64,000 nucleotides of DNA from Candidatus Saccharimonadota bacterium (GCA_016432585.1 CP066696.1:388113-452112); one strand, 5' to 3'; shown: positions 30,652-40,931, counted from the stretch's first letter. Notes: generated from the letters alone by a model not told the origin. Numbers and translations are program-made.

Positions 30652-30942
30652 ATGGCAAAAAAGAGTATCGCTAAAAAAGCAGCCGATCAGTTTAAGACAG
30701 ATAATGAACGAGGCTCTCGGCTTGCGCTTATCGAAGATCTCTTCTATGACTTTAATCGTAACCGTGTCGAAGTTTACAAGATGAACTTTATACGGGGAAT
30801 TTTCTTTGGTCTAGGTAGTATCCTGGGTGGCACGGTGGTGATTGCACTGCTTGCATGGATCCTTAGCTTCTTTGTTGAGATTCCAGGAATAGGCGATTCT
30901 ATTCAGCAGGTTCAAGATTCGATTCAAAGCGATAAAAAATAA
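30652..30942 (+). CDS. Small membrane protein (DUF5665-like)
   Basis: NFIRGIFFGLGSILGGTVV motif. Confidence 0.75.
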   Translation: MAKKSIAKKAADQFKTDNERGSRLALIEDLFYDFNRNRVEVYKMNFIRGIFFGLGSILGGTVVIALLAWILSFFVEIPGIGDSIQQVQDSIQSDKK

Positions 30943-31002
30943 TCTCTCGTTGTAAACAAAACGCCCCCTAGACATTAAAATCTTGCTATACTAGATATAA
31001 CT

Positions 31003-34000
31003 ATGGGGGTAGAAACGAAAGAAAAGCTGGCAACAGGGTTGCAGCTTAAATCATCTGATTATGTTCATTTGCATAATCATACGCATCACAGTCTTTTAGA
31101 CGGGTTAAGTAAAATACCCGATCTTGTAGCACGCGTAAAAGAGCTTGGTATGGAGGCCGTGGCTATTACCGACCACGGCACTATGTCCGGGGTGGTAGAT
31201 TTTTATAAGTCTGCTACTGCGGCTGAAATCAAACCTATTCTTGGTATGGAAACATACGTCGCCGCTCGCACACGCCACGATCGCGATCCGCAAAAAGACA
31301 AGGCTCGTTACCACCTAACATTGCTTGCCATGAATGATATCGGGTATAAAAACCTGATGATGCTTTCTACCAAGGCAAACCTTGAGGGTATTTACTACAA
31401 ACCGCGTATCGATCACGAACTTATCGAACAGTACAACGAAGGTATTATTATGCTTTCGGGGTGTGCTGGTGGCGAAATCGGTGAAAAGCTGCGTAACGAC
31501 GATTATGAGGGCGCAAAAGAAGTCGCTATCTGGTATAAATCTATCCTCGGCGACCGCTATTACCTGGAGTTGCAAGATCACGGACATCCAGACGCGCCAG
31601 CGCAGTGGGACGTGCAGGTTAAAATCAACGATTATATCGAAAAACTTTCTGAGGAGCTGGAAATCCCTTGTGTTGTAACGAGCGATGGTCACTATCTATC
31701 ACATGAAGATCAAGATGCACACGAAATATTGCTGTGCGTGGGGACAGGTGCCTTTCTTTCCGACGAAAAGCGAATGAGCCTGAAAGATTTCGAGCTTCAC
31801 CTTACGGAGCCCGAAGAGATTATTAAGCGTTGGGGCAAGACAAACCCCGAAGCGGTTTTAAATACAAAAAGAATTGCCGATAGGTGTAGTGTGACATTGG
31901 AGCTTGGTGGGATTCTTATTCCAAAGTTCCCGGTGCCAGAAGGCGAGACCGAGAAAACATTTCTCGATAAGCTTGTGTATCGTGGTGTGGCAGCACGCTA
32001 CACCGGCAAAACGCCTGCCGAGGCCAATGAACTGTCGGTAGAGGATATTAAACCCCTTCTGACACCCGAGGTGAGTGAACGTCTTGAGATGGAGCTTGGT
32101 GTCTTGGATAACATGGGGTACAACGGGTATTTCCTTATCGTGCAGGACTTTATTAACTGGGGCAAAAACCAAGGAATTATTTTTGGTCCTGGTCGTGGTT
32201 CGGCGGCAGGGTCTATTATTGCGTATGCACTAAATATTACCGATCTTGACCCTTTAAAATATGGCCTGCTGTTTGAGCGATTTTTGAACCCGGATCGAAT
32301 CAGTATGCCGGATATCGATGTAGACATTCAAGATACTCGGCGCGATGAGGTGATTCAGTACTGCTCCGATAAGTATGGCGCTGATCACGTATCAAATATC
32401 GTAACATTCGGTAAGATGGCGGCGCGTGCTGCTGTGCGCGACGTAGCACGTGTTTTGCAGGTGCCGTATGCCGAAGCTGACCGCCTCAGTAAGATGATTC
32501 CTCCGCCAGCCCAGGGGCGCCATATTCCATTGAAGGTAAGTATCAAAGAAGACGTCGATCTTAAAAAGGAATACGAGACCAACCCAACGGCTAAGCAAGT
32601 GTTTGATTATGCCGTTCGTCTAGAGGGAACAATTCGCTCGCATGGCGTGCATGCCTGTGGCGTGGTGATTGCACCCGATGATCTTGTAAAGTACCTACCG
32701 CTTGAAATGGCGCAAAAGGGTGTTGTCTCGACGCAGTTTCCTATGGGCGAAGTAGAGGAGCTTGGCCTTCTAAAAATGGACTTTTTGGGCCTTTCTAACC
32801 TTACGATCATCAATAATGCGCTCCGAATTATTAAAAAGGTGTATAAAGACGAGATTAACCTTTCTAAGATTCCGCTCGACGATACCCTAACATACGAGTT
32901 ATTTCAGCGCGGCGATACAACGGGCGTGTTCCAGCTAGAATCTGCCGGTATGAAGCGCTATTTGCGTGATTTGAAGCCAACTGTTTTTGAAGATATCATT
33001 GCCATGGTTGCCTTGTACCGCCCAGGTCCTATGCAGTTTATCGATAGTTTCATTAAGCGAAAGCACGGCCAGGAAGAAATTAGTTATCTTCACTCTGGAA
33101 TGGAAAATTCACTAAAAAGCACCTACGGAATTTTGGTGTACCAAGAACAGTTCATGCAGATTTCGAAAGAATGGTGCGGATTTACCGGTGGTCAGGCCGA
33201 CACGCTTCGTAAGGCCGTTGGTAAAAAGAAAATCGACCTGATGCGCAAAGTTAAGGTAGATTTCGTTGAAGGTGCGATAACGCATGGTGGCGCCAAAAAA
33301 GAGGTTGCTGAAAAGTTTTGGGATCAGCTAGAGGAGTTCGCCAACTACTGTTTTAACAAGTCTCACGCCGCGTGCTACGGGCTTATATCGTACTGGACAG
33401 CATATCTAAAGGCGCACTACCCAGATGCATTTATGGCAGCTCTGATGACAAGTGACCAAGATGATATCGACCGCCTTGCGATTGAAATTTCAGAGTGTAA
33501 GCATATGGGAATCAAAGTGCTTTCGCCAGATGTCAACGAATCTTTTGTGGAGTTTGCTATTGTGCCAGGCGAAAACGAAATTCGCTTCGGCATGGCCGCA
33601 ATTAAAGGTGTTGGTGTGGGTGCCGTAGAGGAAGTTCTGCGTGCGCGTAAAGATGGAAAATTTGCAAGCATTGAAGATTTTGCAAAACGAGTCAGCACGA
33701 GCAAGTTCAATAAAAAGGCTTGGGATTCGCTTATTAAATCGGGTGGATTCGATGCATTTGGCGACCGCTCTGATTTGCTGTTCAACCTAGAAACAATTCA
33801 GGCCTTTGCCAGCAAGGTGCAAAAAGAAGCGCTGAGTGGGCAGACCGACCTGTTTGGTGGCATGAGTACCAATACGGACATTCAGCCAACAGTGACGCTG
33901 CAAACCGCACCAACGAAATTTACCGAAAAAGAGCAGCTTATGTGGGAGCGTGAACTTCTGGGGCTGTATATTAGTGCGCACCCGCTCGATAAGTACGGAT

Positions 34001-34734
34001 CGTATTTTGAAGAGCAAACGATTCCTCTTATGCGCATGACGCCGGATGTTGATGGTAAAAAGGCAACGATTGGCGGGTTAGTAAGCACTGTTCGTTCTAT
34101 TGTGACGAAATCTGGTACAAAAATGGCATTTGTAGGGTTGGAGGATAAAACTGGCGAAGGTGAGGTGATTGTATTTCCTAATCTCTACGAGCAAGTTGGG
34201 GCGAAGCTTATTCAAGATGCCGTAGTACGTGTGACAGGCAAGATAAGTGCAAGAGATCGCGATGGCAATTTGGGCGACGACGCGAAAATGATTGCTGATG
34301 AAATTGTAGAGGTGACAGACCAAGAGCTGAGGGATTACGAATCGACAGGCCGCAAGATGCAAGCGCCAAAAATGAGCTCTAAGGTAAAAGCGATGCGCGT
34401 TGCGGAATTTAAAGCAAAGAAAACTGGTGGCGAGGTAAGCGCGCCAGCAAGCACTATGCCAAAAGATCCGGCTCCTATTGAAAAACCACGGCCGATCGTT
34501 GACATGCCACCTGTAAAAAAGCTGTTTGTTCATATCAAAAACCCAGATGATCACGACGCGCTTTTGCAACTGAAACGCACCTGTAGCGAATTTGTTGGGA
34601 ATATCGATATTATTCTTGTGCTAGGGGCAGATAAGAAGTCGGCAATTAAGCTGCCATTTAAAATCGATGGTAGTGACACGCTAATTGGTGAGTTGGTTAA
34701 GTCGCTTGGCGAAGACTGTGTCGTACTAAAATAA
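31003..34734 (+). CDS. dnaE: DNA polymerase III alpha subunit
   Basis: PHP HLHNH/TDHG/DGH, GPGRGSAAGS, PDIDVD, FNKSH, OB fold; no intein seen. Confidence 0.98.
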   Translation: MGVETKEKLATGLQLKSSDYVHLHNHTHHSLLDGLSKIPDLVARVKELGMEAVAITDHGTMSGVVDFYKSATAAEIKPILGMETYVAARTRHDRDPQKDKARYHLTLLAMNDIGYKNLMMLSTKANLEGIYYKPRIDHELIEQYNEGIIMLSGCAGGEIGEKLRNDDYEGAKEVAIWYKSILGDRYYLELQDHGHPDAPAQWDVQVKINDYIEKLSEELEIPCVVTSDGHYLSHEDQDAHEILLCVGTGAFLSDEKRMSLKDFELHLTEPEEIIKRWGKTNPEAVLNTKRIADRCSVTLELGGILIPKFPVPEGETEKTFLDKLVYRGVAARYTGKTPAEANELSVEDIKPLLTPEVSERLEMELGVLDNMGYNGYFLIVQDFINWGKNQGIIFGPGRGSAAGSIIAYALNITDLDPLKYGLLFERFLNPDRISMPDIDVDIQDTRRDEVIQYCSDKYGADHVSNIVTFGKMAARAAVRDVARVLQVPYAEADRLSKMIPPPAQGRHIPLKVSIKEDVDLKKEYETNPTAKQVFDYAVRLEGTIRSHGVHACGVVIAPDDLVKYLPLEMAQKGVVSTQFPMGEVEELGLLKMDFLGLSNLTIINNALRIIKKVYKDEINLSKIPLDDTLTYELFQRGDTTGVFQLESAGMKRYLRDLKPTVFEDIIAMVALYRPGPMQFIDSFIKRKHGQEEISYLHSGMENSLKSTYGILVYQEQFMQISKEWCGFTGGQADTLRKAVGKKKIDLMRKVKVDFVEGAITHGGAKKEVAEKFWDQLEEFANYCFNKSHAACYGLISYWTAYLKAHYPDAFMAALMTSDQDDIDRLAIEISECKHMGIKVLSPDVNESFVEFAIVPGENEIRFGMAAIKGVGVGAVEEVLRARKDGKFASIEDFAKRVSTSKFNKKAWDSLIKSGGFDAFGDRSDLLFNLETIQAFASKVQKEALSGQTDLFGGMSTNTDIQPTVTLQTAPTKFTEKEQLMWERELLGLYISAHPLDKYGSYFEEQTIPLMRMTPDVDGKKATIGGLVSTVRSIVTKSGTKMAFVGLEDKTGEGEVIVFPNLYEQVGAKLIQDAVVRVTGKISARDRDGNLGDDAKMIADEIVEVTDQELRDYESTGRKMQAPKMSSKVKAMRVAEFKAKKTGGEVSAPASTMPKDPAPIEKPRPIVDMPPVKKLFVHIKNPDDHDALLQLKRTCSEFVGNIDIILVLGADKKSAIKLPFKIDGSDTLIGELVKSLGEDCVVLK

Positions 34735-34793
34735 ACAACGCCTAAAGGGTGACTCGTTGCATGCGATTCACGCTTATGCTAGCGTTAAATACA

Positions 34794-35987
34794 GTGACTA
34801 TTAAAACTGTATTACAAACGCGCCCGCAAATATCCAAAATACTACTTGGAGTTTGTGCTGCTGTTGTTGCGATTGCCGCGCCTCTTCAAATAACTAATTC
34901 TGCGGTGTATGCCGATCAGTATGATGATCAGATTCAGGCAATTCAGAATCAGGTTGATCAATACCAGCAGAGTGCAAACGCCTTGCAAAAACAGGCGAAT
35001 ACATTGCAAAAAATGATTGGCGTTCTCAATGCCGAAAAAAAGTCGATTCAAGCGCAGCTAGAGCTTTCTCAGACAAAATTGAATAAGTTAACGGCAGATA
35101 TTGCCGCGAATGAAATAAAGCTTGCAAACAATAAAGATGCGCTTGGTAAGATTGTTGCAGATTTGTATATCGACGACGGTATTTCGCCACTTGAAATGCT
35201 GGCGAGCAGCAAAAACGTCGGTGAATATATGGATAAAAGCGAGTATCGCTCGGCGGTAAGTGAGCGTCTTGCAGAGACAATTGATGCAATTAAGACTCTT
35301 AAAGACCAGTTAGAAAAAGATCAGCAAGCGGTTAAAAAGGTTGTTGCGCAGCAAAAAGCGCAGCGAGCATCACTTATTGCCAAAGAAGCCGAAAAGCAGA
35401 AATTATTAAAAGAAACGAAGGGCAAAGAAGCTGCTTATCAAAAGCAAATCGCCAATAGTAAGGCGAAAATGTCTGCTATAGCCGCCGAGCAGCAAGCGGC
35501 GCTTGCCCGACTAACAAATGGCGGTGCGTACAACTCGGGCTCGGTTGGTTCATTCCAGTTCCGTAACTTTAGTGGCAATATGCCATGTGGTGGCGGCGGG
35601 TACACGCTATGTGGCGCCCAGGATAGCTATGCGGACCAATGGGGCTTGTATAACCGCGAATGTGTTAGCTATACCGCATGGGCTGCATACAATCGCTTCG
35701 GCAAATACGTTACAAACTTTTCGGGCCGCGGCAATGCTCAGGATTGGCCATACAGCGCACCAGATCTTATGGGCGCAAGTGTTAGCCGGTCGCCATCTGT
35801 TGGCGCTGTAGCGATCTTGCCTGCAACTCCTGGATTTGCGCCAATTGGACACGCCATGTTGGTAGAGGCAGTACTGGGCGGCGGCTGGGTGCGCGTGAGT
35901 CAATATAACTTTGGTGGCACAGGTGAATACAGTACGATGGATATCAAATCATCGGGCGTTGTGTTTGTTCACTTTGATAATCGCTAG
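34794..35987 (+). CDS. Secreted coiled-coil + CHAP peptidoglycan hydrolase (PcsB/CwlO-like); start uncertain
   Basis: Signal peptide, long coiled coil, RECVSY...GNAQDW...GHAMLVE...SQYN. Confidence 0.88.
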   Translation: MTIKTVLQTRPQISKILLGVCAAVVAIAAPLQITNSAVYADQYDDQIQAIQNQVDQYQQSANALQKQANTLQKMIGVLNAEKKSIQAQLELSQTKLNKLTADIAANEIKLANNKDALGKIVADLYIDDGISPLEMLASSKNVGEYMDKSEYRSAVSERLAETIDAIKTLKDQLEKDQQAVKKVVAQQKAQRASLIAKEAEKQKLLKETKGKEAAYQKQIANSKAKMSAIAAEQQAALARLTNGGAYNSGSVGSFQFRNFSGNMPCGGGGYTLCGAQDSYADQWGLYNRECVSYTAWAAYNRFGKYVTNFSGRGNAQDWPYSAPDLMGASVSRSPSVGAVAILPATPGFAPIGHAMLVEAVLGGGWVRVSQYNFGGTGEYSTMDIKSSGVVFVHFDNR

Positions 35988-36475
35988 TTCTTAACAGAGA
36001 GTGCGTACAGGGCAATACCCGCAGCCACGCTAACATTGAAAGATTCTTTTTCACCGCGCATGGGTATTTCTACGAGGTCATCGCAAGTGGCGCGAAGCTC
36101 TGGCGTGATTCCCTCTACCTCTTCCCCAAGAAGAAGTACGATCTTACTCGGCGGTGTATAGTTTTGAATAAGGGTCGCCCGGTCATCTTGTTCGAGGCCG
36201 ACAACCGTGTATCCCTGGTTTTTTAGTGAAATAATATCCGGCTCTTCTTGATATTCGAATGGAACAAGGGTCTCGGCGTCTAGCGCTGTTTTATGAATCT
36301 GAAGTGTCAGTTTATCGGCAATATGAGGTAATCGCGCGTCGTTATTTTGACGTGGATAGGGCGTGTAGCCGCTTAGAATTATCTTTTTTACGCCAAAACC
36401 TTCGCTTGTGCGAAAAATTGCGCCAACGTTGTGGGTGGACCTTATATTGTGAGCGATAACGATAATTTCTGGCAT
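35984..36475 (-). CDS. SpoU/TrmH-family RNA methyltransferase
   Basis: NVGAIFRT, LGEEVEG, IPMRG..ESFNVSVA. Confidence 0.92.
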   Translation of the reverse strand: MPEIIVIAHNIRSTHNVGAIFRTSEGFGVKKIILSGYTPYPRQNNDARLPHIADKLTLQIHKTALDAETLVPFEYQEEPDIISLKNQGYTVVGLEQDDRATLIQNYTPPSKIVLLLGEEVEGITPELRATCDDLVEIPMRGEKESFNVSVAAGIALYALSVKN

Positions 36476-36530
36476 GATTACCTGATTATACCACTATAAA
36501 ATGCTAGTGTTTTCTGCTACTATAGCAACA

Positions 36531-38153
36531 ATGGACGAAGATAGGGTACAAGAAAAACGTCGTGAACAAGATGAAAAAGCAACGCAGCAGCGTGCTGCTA
36601 TTTTGGGGTTGCAGTATCTCGACACGCGCGATGTCGAAGCAAGTCTTCCGCTTGTTACGGATATACTTAAGAACGACGAAATGTACAAAGGCTATGTTGT
36701 TCCGCTGACAAAAGGCGGAGGAACTGAGCCGTTTCGTTTTGGCGTTACTAGCCAAACGCCACAATCCCTTATTCGCAAAATGGAAGCCGATTTCAATTCG
36801 CGCGGTGAAAACACGCAGTTCCTACTAATAAGTAACAGCGGATTCCGTGCGTTTATGGCTCGGTTTGATCCGCCGAAAAAAACGATTTATCAAGATATCG
36901 AGATTGCTAAAGAAGGCGACAGTGACACGATTGCAGGAGTCAGTAAAACCCTTAACTCTGTTAGTAGTGACCAGGTTTTCGATTATCTTATTACACAGGC
37001 CGACAAGCTGAACGCGAGCGATATCCATATCGAAAACGAACGTACGTATATTCGTATCCGTATGCGTGTCGATGGTGCGCTTCACCCGGTAGCCGATCTC
37101 GATAAAGATCGTTACCGCGTTATAATGGGCGAGCTTGCGTCGCGTGCGAACGTATCTACCGCTGCTGTCGAGCCGCAATCTGGTCACATTCAAAAAGAGA
37201 TTACCCGTGACGGCGCAACCCATTTATTGAACATTCGTGTCGAAACGGTGCCAACAATGTATGGCCAAGACGCGGTGCTTCGTTTGTTTAACTTCGATGA
37301 AAGCTTGTTGAATCTTGATCTTTTGGGTATTCCCGACAAGCAGCGCGAAGAAATTAATAATATTATCAGTCACCCGCGCGGAATGGTGCTGATGGTTGGT
37401 CCAACTGGTTCTGGTAAGTCGACGACCCTCTACAGTATCCTAAACGCGCTTAATACGCCGGATCGTAAACTTATCACCCTTGAAGATCCTATCGAGTACG
37501 GACTAAGCGGCATCTCGCAAATTCCAATTAACACAACAGGCGGTCAAAGCTTTGCCGATGGCCTGCGTAGCGTACTACGTCTCGACCCAGATGTTGTGAT
37601 GATCGGTGAGATCCGTGACCAAGATACTGCTAGAACGGCAATTCAGGCCTCTATTACGGGCCACCTGGTGCTATCAAGCTTCCATGCTAACTCCACTAGT
37701 GCCGCATTTAGCCGTATGATCGATCTCATCGGGGTTAATCCAATCTTTAGTTCGGCTATCCGGTTGCTTATCGCGCAGCGTCTGGTGCGCCGCCTCCACG
37801 ACGAAACAAAAGAAGAATACGAGCCCGACGAATCAACCCGCAAGTATGTGCGCGATGTTTTAAAAGGCTTGCCAGACGATATCGAAAAGCCAGATCTCGA
37901 CACCTTTAAGTTATGGCGGCCAGTGCCTACCGATGACGTACCGTTTGGCTATAAAGGTCGTGTCGTTATTATGGAGCAAATGGTCGTTACTGAGGATATT
38001 CAAAAATTCCTTCGTGGTGATGTTGCCGATATTCACACCGAAGCTATCGAAGAGGCCGCAACGCGCGGTGGAATGGTAACGCTGCTTCAGGCGGGCGTTC
38101 TCGCGGCGCTTCGTGGCGAAACCACCCTCGAGGAAGTTAACCGAGTAATTTAG
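36531..38153 (+). CDS. PilB/GspE-family secretion/pilus ATPase
   Basis: ASDIHIE, RVDG.L, GPTGSGKSTT, LEDPIE, LRLDPDVVMIGEIRD, TGHLVLSSFH, GYKGR. Confidence 0.93.
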   Translation: MDEDRVQEKRREQDEKATQQRAAILGLQYLDTRDVEASLPLVTDILKNDEMYKGYVVPLTKGGGTEPFRFGVTSQTPQSLIRKMEADFNSRGENTQFLLISNSGFRAFMARFDPPKKTIYQDIEIAKEGDSDTIAGVSKTLNSVSSDQVFDYLITQADKLNASDIHIENERTYIRIRMRVDGALHPVADLDKDRYRVIMGELASRANVSTAAVEPQSGHIQKEITRDGATHLLNIRVETVPTMYGQDAVLRLFNFDESLLNLDLLGIPDKQREEINNIISHPRGMVLMVGPTGSGKSTTLYSILNALNTPDRKLITLEDPIEYGLSGISQIPINTTGGQSFADGLRSVLRLDPDVVMIGEIRDQDTARTAIQASITGHLVLSSFHANSTSAAFSRMIDLIGVNPIFSSAIRLLIAQRLVRRLHDETKEEYEPDESTRKYVRDVLKGLPDDIEKPDLDTFKLWRPVPTDDVPFGYKGRVVIMEQMVVTEDIQKFLRGDVADIHTEAIEEAATRGGMVTLLQAGVLAALRGETTLEEVNRVI

Positions 38154-38173
38154 GCATCTGCTATACTTGCCCT

Positions 38174-38818
38174 ATGGAGAAGATTCTCTATATCGGCGGT
38201 ATCGGTAGTAGTTCACATTCAGTTGAGACGGTGGCTGCCGCGCTTTCGGCACAGTTTAAGTTAAATGTTATCGCGATGTCTTTTAGTATGGCATGCTCGC
38301 AGCGCGCCAGAGTTGCCCAGCTTGCGCGTGAAAGTTTGGTCATTACGCATTCCGAGGGTATTTTGGCGCTTAAAGATACGGCACCGATGGAACTGGTTGC
38401 TGTTGCACCTCCTATGCCTTCACATCCTCTTCTTTTGATAGGCCGTGCGTTTCCGAAAACTTTTGCATTATTACTAAGTGGCCGCGAATCTTACGAACGA
38501 CCACGAAAACTCATCGATTACCATGCGCGACTACTTTTAGAGCACGGCTTGCATCCACGCTACAATAGCATGATGATACGGGAGGTCGCTTCGTTCGATG
38601 TTGCGCGGTTTGCGGTAGAAGTAACAATGACGGGCGGCAAGGTCACACTAGGCTTTATGGAACACGACCTGTTGTTTCCCGGCGCGCATCTTCATCCGCA
38701 TATAGAGGTGGCTAAAGAGCGTGGAGTTAAAGTGTTCGAGAATATTATCGGACAGCACGATGAATTTGCGCTGTATCCAGTAGATGTCATGGCACAAATG
38801 CAGCGATTAGTAAAATAA
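38174..38818 (+). CDS. Divergent alpha/beta-hydrolase-like protein
   Basis: YIGGIG, THSEG nucleophile elbow, HDLLFP, GQHDE. Confidence 0.55.
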   Translation: MEKILYIGGIGSSSHSVETVAAALSAQFKLNVIAMSFSMACSQRARVAQLARESLVITHSEGILALKDTAPMELVAVAPPMPSHPLLLIGRAFPKTFALLLSGRESYERPRKLIDYHARLLLEHGLHPRYNSMMIREVASFDVARFAVEVTMTGGKVTLGFMEHDLLFPGAHLHPHIEVAKERGVKVFENIIGQHDEFALYPVDVMAQMQRLVK

Positions 38819-39955
38819 TTAAACAATAACTTTAGCGATTGCAGGTACAAGACGGTCGTCGAAAACCGATGGAATAATACATTCTGAATCTGGTGCTTCA
38901 ACAAGGCCTGCGATAACCTCGGCGGCAGCAATCTTGTGTTGATCGGTAATTTTTGTAACGCCGTTATCAAGCGCACCACGGAATATACCCGGAAAGGCGA
39001 TCGCATTGTTTACCTGGTTTGGAAAGTCACTTCGGCCTGTGGCGATGATAGCAACGCCTGCCACCTTGGCCTCGTCTGGCATGATTTCGGGCGTAGGGTT
39101 GGCCATGGCAAAAACAATAGGGTCTTTATCCATCGACTTCACCATTTCGGTTGTCAGAAGCCCGGGCTTTGATACGCCAATAAAGACATCTGCCCCTTGA
39201 ATAATGTCCTCAAGAGACCCATCGATACTAGAAAGGTTCGTAAACTCAAGCAAAGCTTTCTTCTCGTCGTTAAGATCGGTTCGGTTTTTACTAATAACGC
39301 CCTTGCTATCTACAGCGAATATTCGCGGGCTTGCATATAGGTGAAGGAGCTTCATAATTGCCGTGCCAGCCGCCCCGGCTCCTACGACAACAATTTTAGC
39401 GTCTTTAAGTTCTCGGCCGGTAACTTTCATGGCGTTTATAAGCCCCGCAAGCGTTACGATGGCAGTGCCGTGCTGGTCATCGTGAAATACGGGGATATCA
39501 AGCTCGGCTTTTAAGCGCTCCTCGATCTCAAAGCACTGCGGTGCAGCAATGTCCTCTAGGTTAATAGCGCCAAAGCTGCTCGAGATTGCCTTAACGGTGG
39601 CAACGATTTCGTCGGGTGTGTGGACATCGAGGGTGATAGGAACACTATCGATACCGGCAAAGTGTTTGAAAAGGAGTGCCTTTCCCTCCATGACCGGCAT
39701 CGAACCTTTAGGGCCAATATTACCTAGGCCAAGCACGGCCGAGCCATCCGAAATAACGGCAACCAAGTTGTTCGTCCACGTATAAACGGGTAGTTGTGAT
39801 GGATCGTCGGCAATGGCGCGACTTACGGCGGCGACACCCGGCGTATAATACGCGCTTAGCTTTTCTTTTGTTAAGTCTTCGGTATCTCGCAAAGTGGTGG
39901 TAATTTTGCCTTTGTGGGATTTATGCAGGGTAAGGGCGAGTTCATCATAGTTCAT
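38819..39955 (-). CDS. NAD(P)-dependent malic enzyme
   Basis: YYTPGVA, DGSAVLGLGNIG, MEGK, NLEDI, FHDDQHGTA, GAGAAG, NQVNN. Confidence 0.95.
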   Translation of the reverse strand: MNYDELALTLHKSHKGKITTTLRDTEDLTKEKLSAYYTPGVAAVSRAIADDPSQLPVYTWTNNLVAVISDGSAVLGLGNIGPKGSMPVMEGKALLFKHFAGIDSVPITLDVHTPDEIVATVKAISSSFGAINLEDIAAPQCFEIEERLKAELDIPVFHDDQHGTAIVTLAGLINAMKVTGRELKDAKIVVVGAGAAGTAIMKLLHLYASPRIFAVDSKGVISKNRTDLNDEKKALLEFTNLSSIDGSLEDIIQGADVFIGVSKPGLLTTEMVKSMDKDPIVFAMANPTPEIMPDEAKVAGVAIIATGRSDFPNQVNNAIAFPGIFRGALDNGVTKITDQHKIAAAEVIAGLVEAPDSECIIPSVFDDRLVPAIAKVIV

Positions 39956-40077
39956 ATGCTTAGTATAGCAAGTGCTGATAAGTTAGTGCAAAATACGCTA
40001 AAACCCTTTAAAAAGACGGACATCTATGCTATAGTAAACAACTGATTGTATCTATAAAATAGTAAAGCGAGAGAATA

Positions 40078-40497
40078 ATGAGTTTTGAACTTATCAAAAA
40101 AGTTAACGACGAGCAGAAAAAAGCTGGTGTTGTTGACGTTCGTAGCGGTGACACCGTTCGTGTTCACCAAAAAATTAAAGAAGGCACCAAAGAGCGTATT
40201 CAGATCTTTGAAGGTGTTGTTATCCGTACCGACAACAAGCAGTCACACACGTCACGTATTACCGTACGTAAAATTGCAAGCGGTGTTGGTGTAGAGAAAA
40301 GCTTCTTGCTTCACAGCCCACTTGTTGAGAAAATCGAAGTTACTCGCCGATCGAAAGTTCGCCGTAATTTCCTTTCATTCCTTCGTAACCGTAGTGGCAA
40401 GAGCGCACGCTTGACCGCTAAAAACTTCGACCGCGAAGGCATCAACAAAGTTGCCGAAGCTCCAGCAAAAGCTGAAGTTGCCGACGAAGCAAAATAG
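40078..40497 (+). CDS. rplS: 50S ribosomal protein L19
   Basis: GDTVRVH, ERIQIFEGVVI, TVRKIASGVGVE, KVRR. Confidence 0.97.
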   Translation: MSFELIKKVNDEQKKAGVVDVRSGDTVRVHQKIKEGTKERIQIFEGVVIRTDNKQSHTSRITVRKIASGVGVEKSFLLHSPLVEKIEVTRRSKVRRNFLSFLRNRSGKSARLTAKNFDREGINKVAEAPAKAEVADEAK

Positions 40498-40514
40498 TAA
40501 TTCTCGCTATCTTT

Positions 40515-40544
40515 AAAAACACCCGCTTTTAGTGGGTGTTTTTT
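40515..40544 (+). terminator. rplS terminator
   Basis: AAAAACACCCGC-TTTTA-GTGGGTGTTTTTT. Confidence 0.85.
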
Positions 40545-40554
40545 GTGTCGTCAT

Positions 40555-40592
40555 ATGGTGAAACCCCGCTCCTATGAGCGAGATCTCACCAT
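40555..40592 (-). terminator. Long hairpin ending the GC-rich orphan 40632-40931
   Basis: Minus strand ATGGTGAGATCTCGCTC-ATAG-GAGCGGGGTTTCACCAT with G-U pairs. Confidence 0.7.
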
Positions 40593-40631
40593 AAATGAGG
40601 TTCTCGCTGACTGTAGCGGGGTAGGGGCTGG

Positions 40632-40931
40632 TCAGATACGGCCGAGGCGGTCGGCAATCTCCAGCTTGGCGTGGCTCCGAGCATCCTCTCCGTCGAACAT
40701 GGCGTCGGTGAAGTTGTCGGTCATGGTGAAGAGTAGGCGCTTCATCGCGTCGGGCGTATCCAGCTCGCTGATCTTGCGGACCAGCATGTCGGCGAATTCC
40801 TCGACGGTCATCGTCTTGCCAGCCTCCTCGAGGAGAAGGCCGGGGAGTTCTCGTGGGGTTTTGTCGAAGCCCACGATCCCTCTCAGTCGACGCTCCATGA
40901 GTCGAGTGTCGACCAGTCTAACATTTGACAT
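40632..40931 (-). CDS. GC-rich orphan protein, 99 aa
   Basis: SD GGAGG before ATG; own TTGACA-17-TATTGT promoter (40970-40998); GC-ending codons. Confidence 0.7.
   Translation of the reverse strand: MSNVRLVDTRLMERRLRGIVGFDKTPRELPGLLLEEAGKTMTVEEFADMLVRKISELDTPDAMKRLLFTMTDNFTDAMFDGEDARSHAKLEIADRLGRI

Noticed and set aside
31003..34734. Intein or intron in dnaE
   Set aside because: Conserved motifs are contiguous; the extra length is a C-terminal linker
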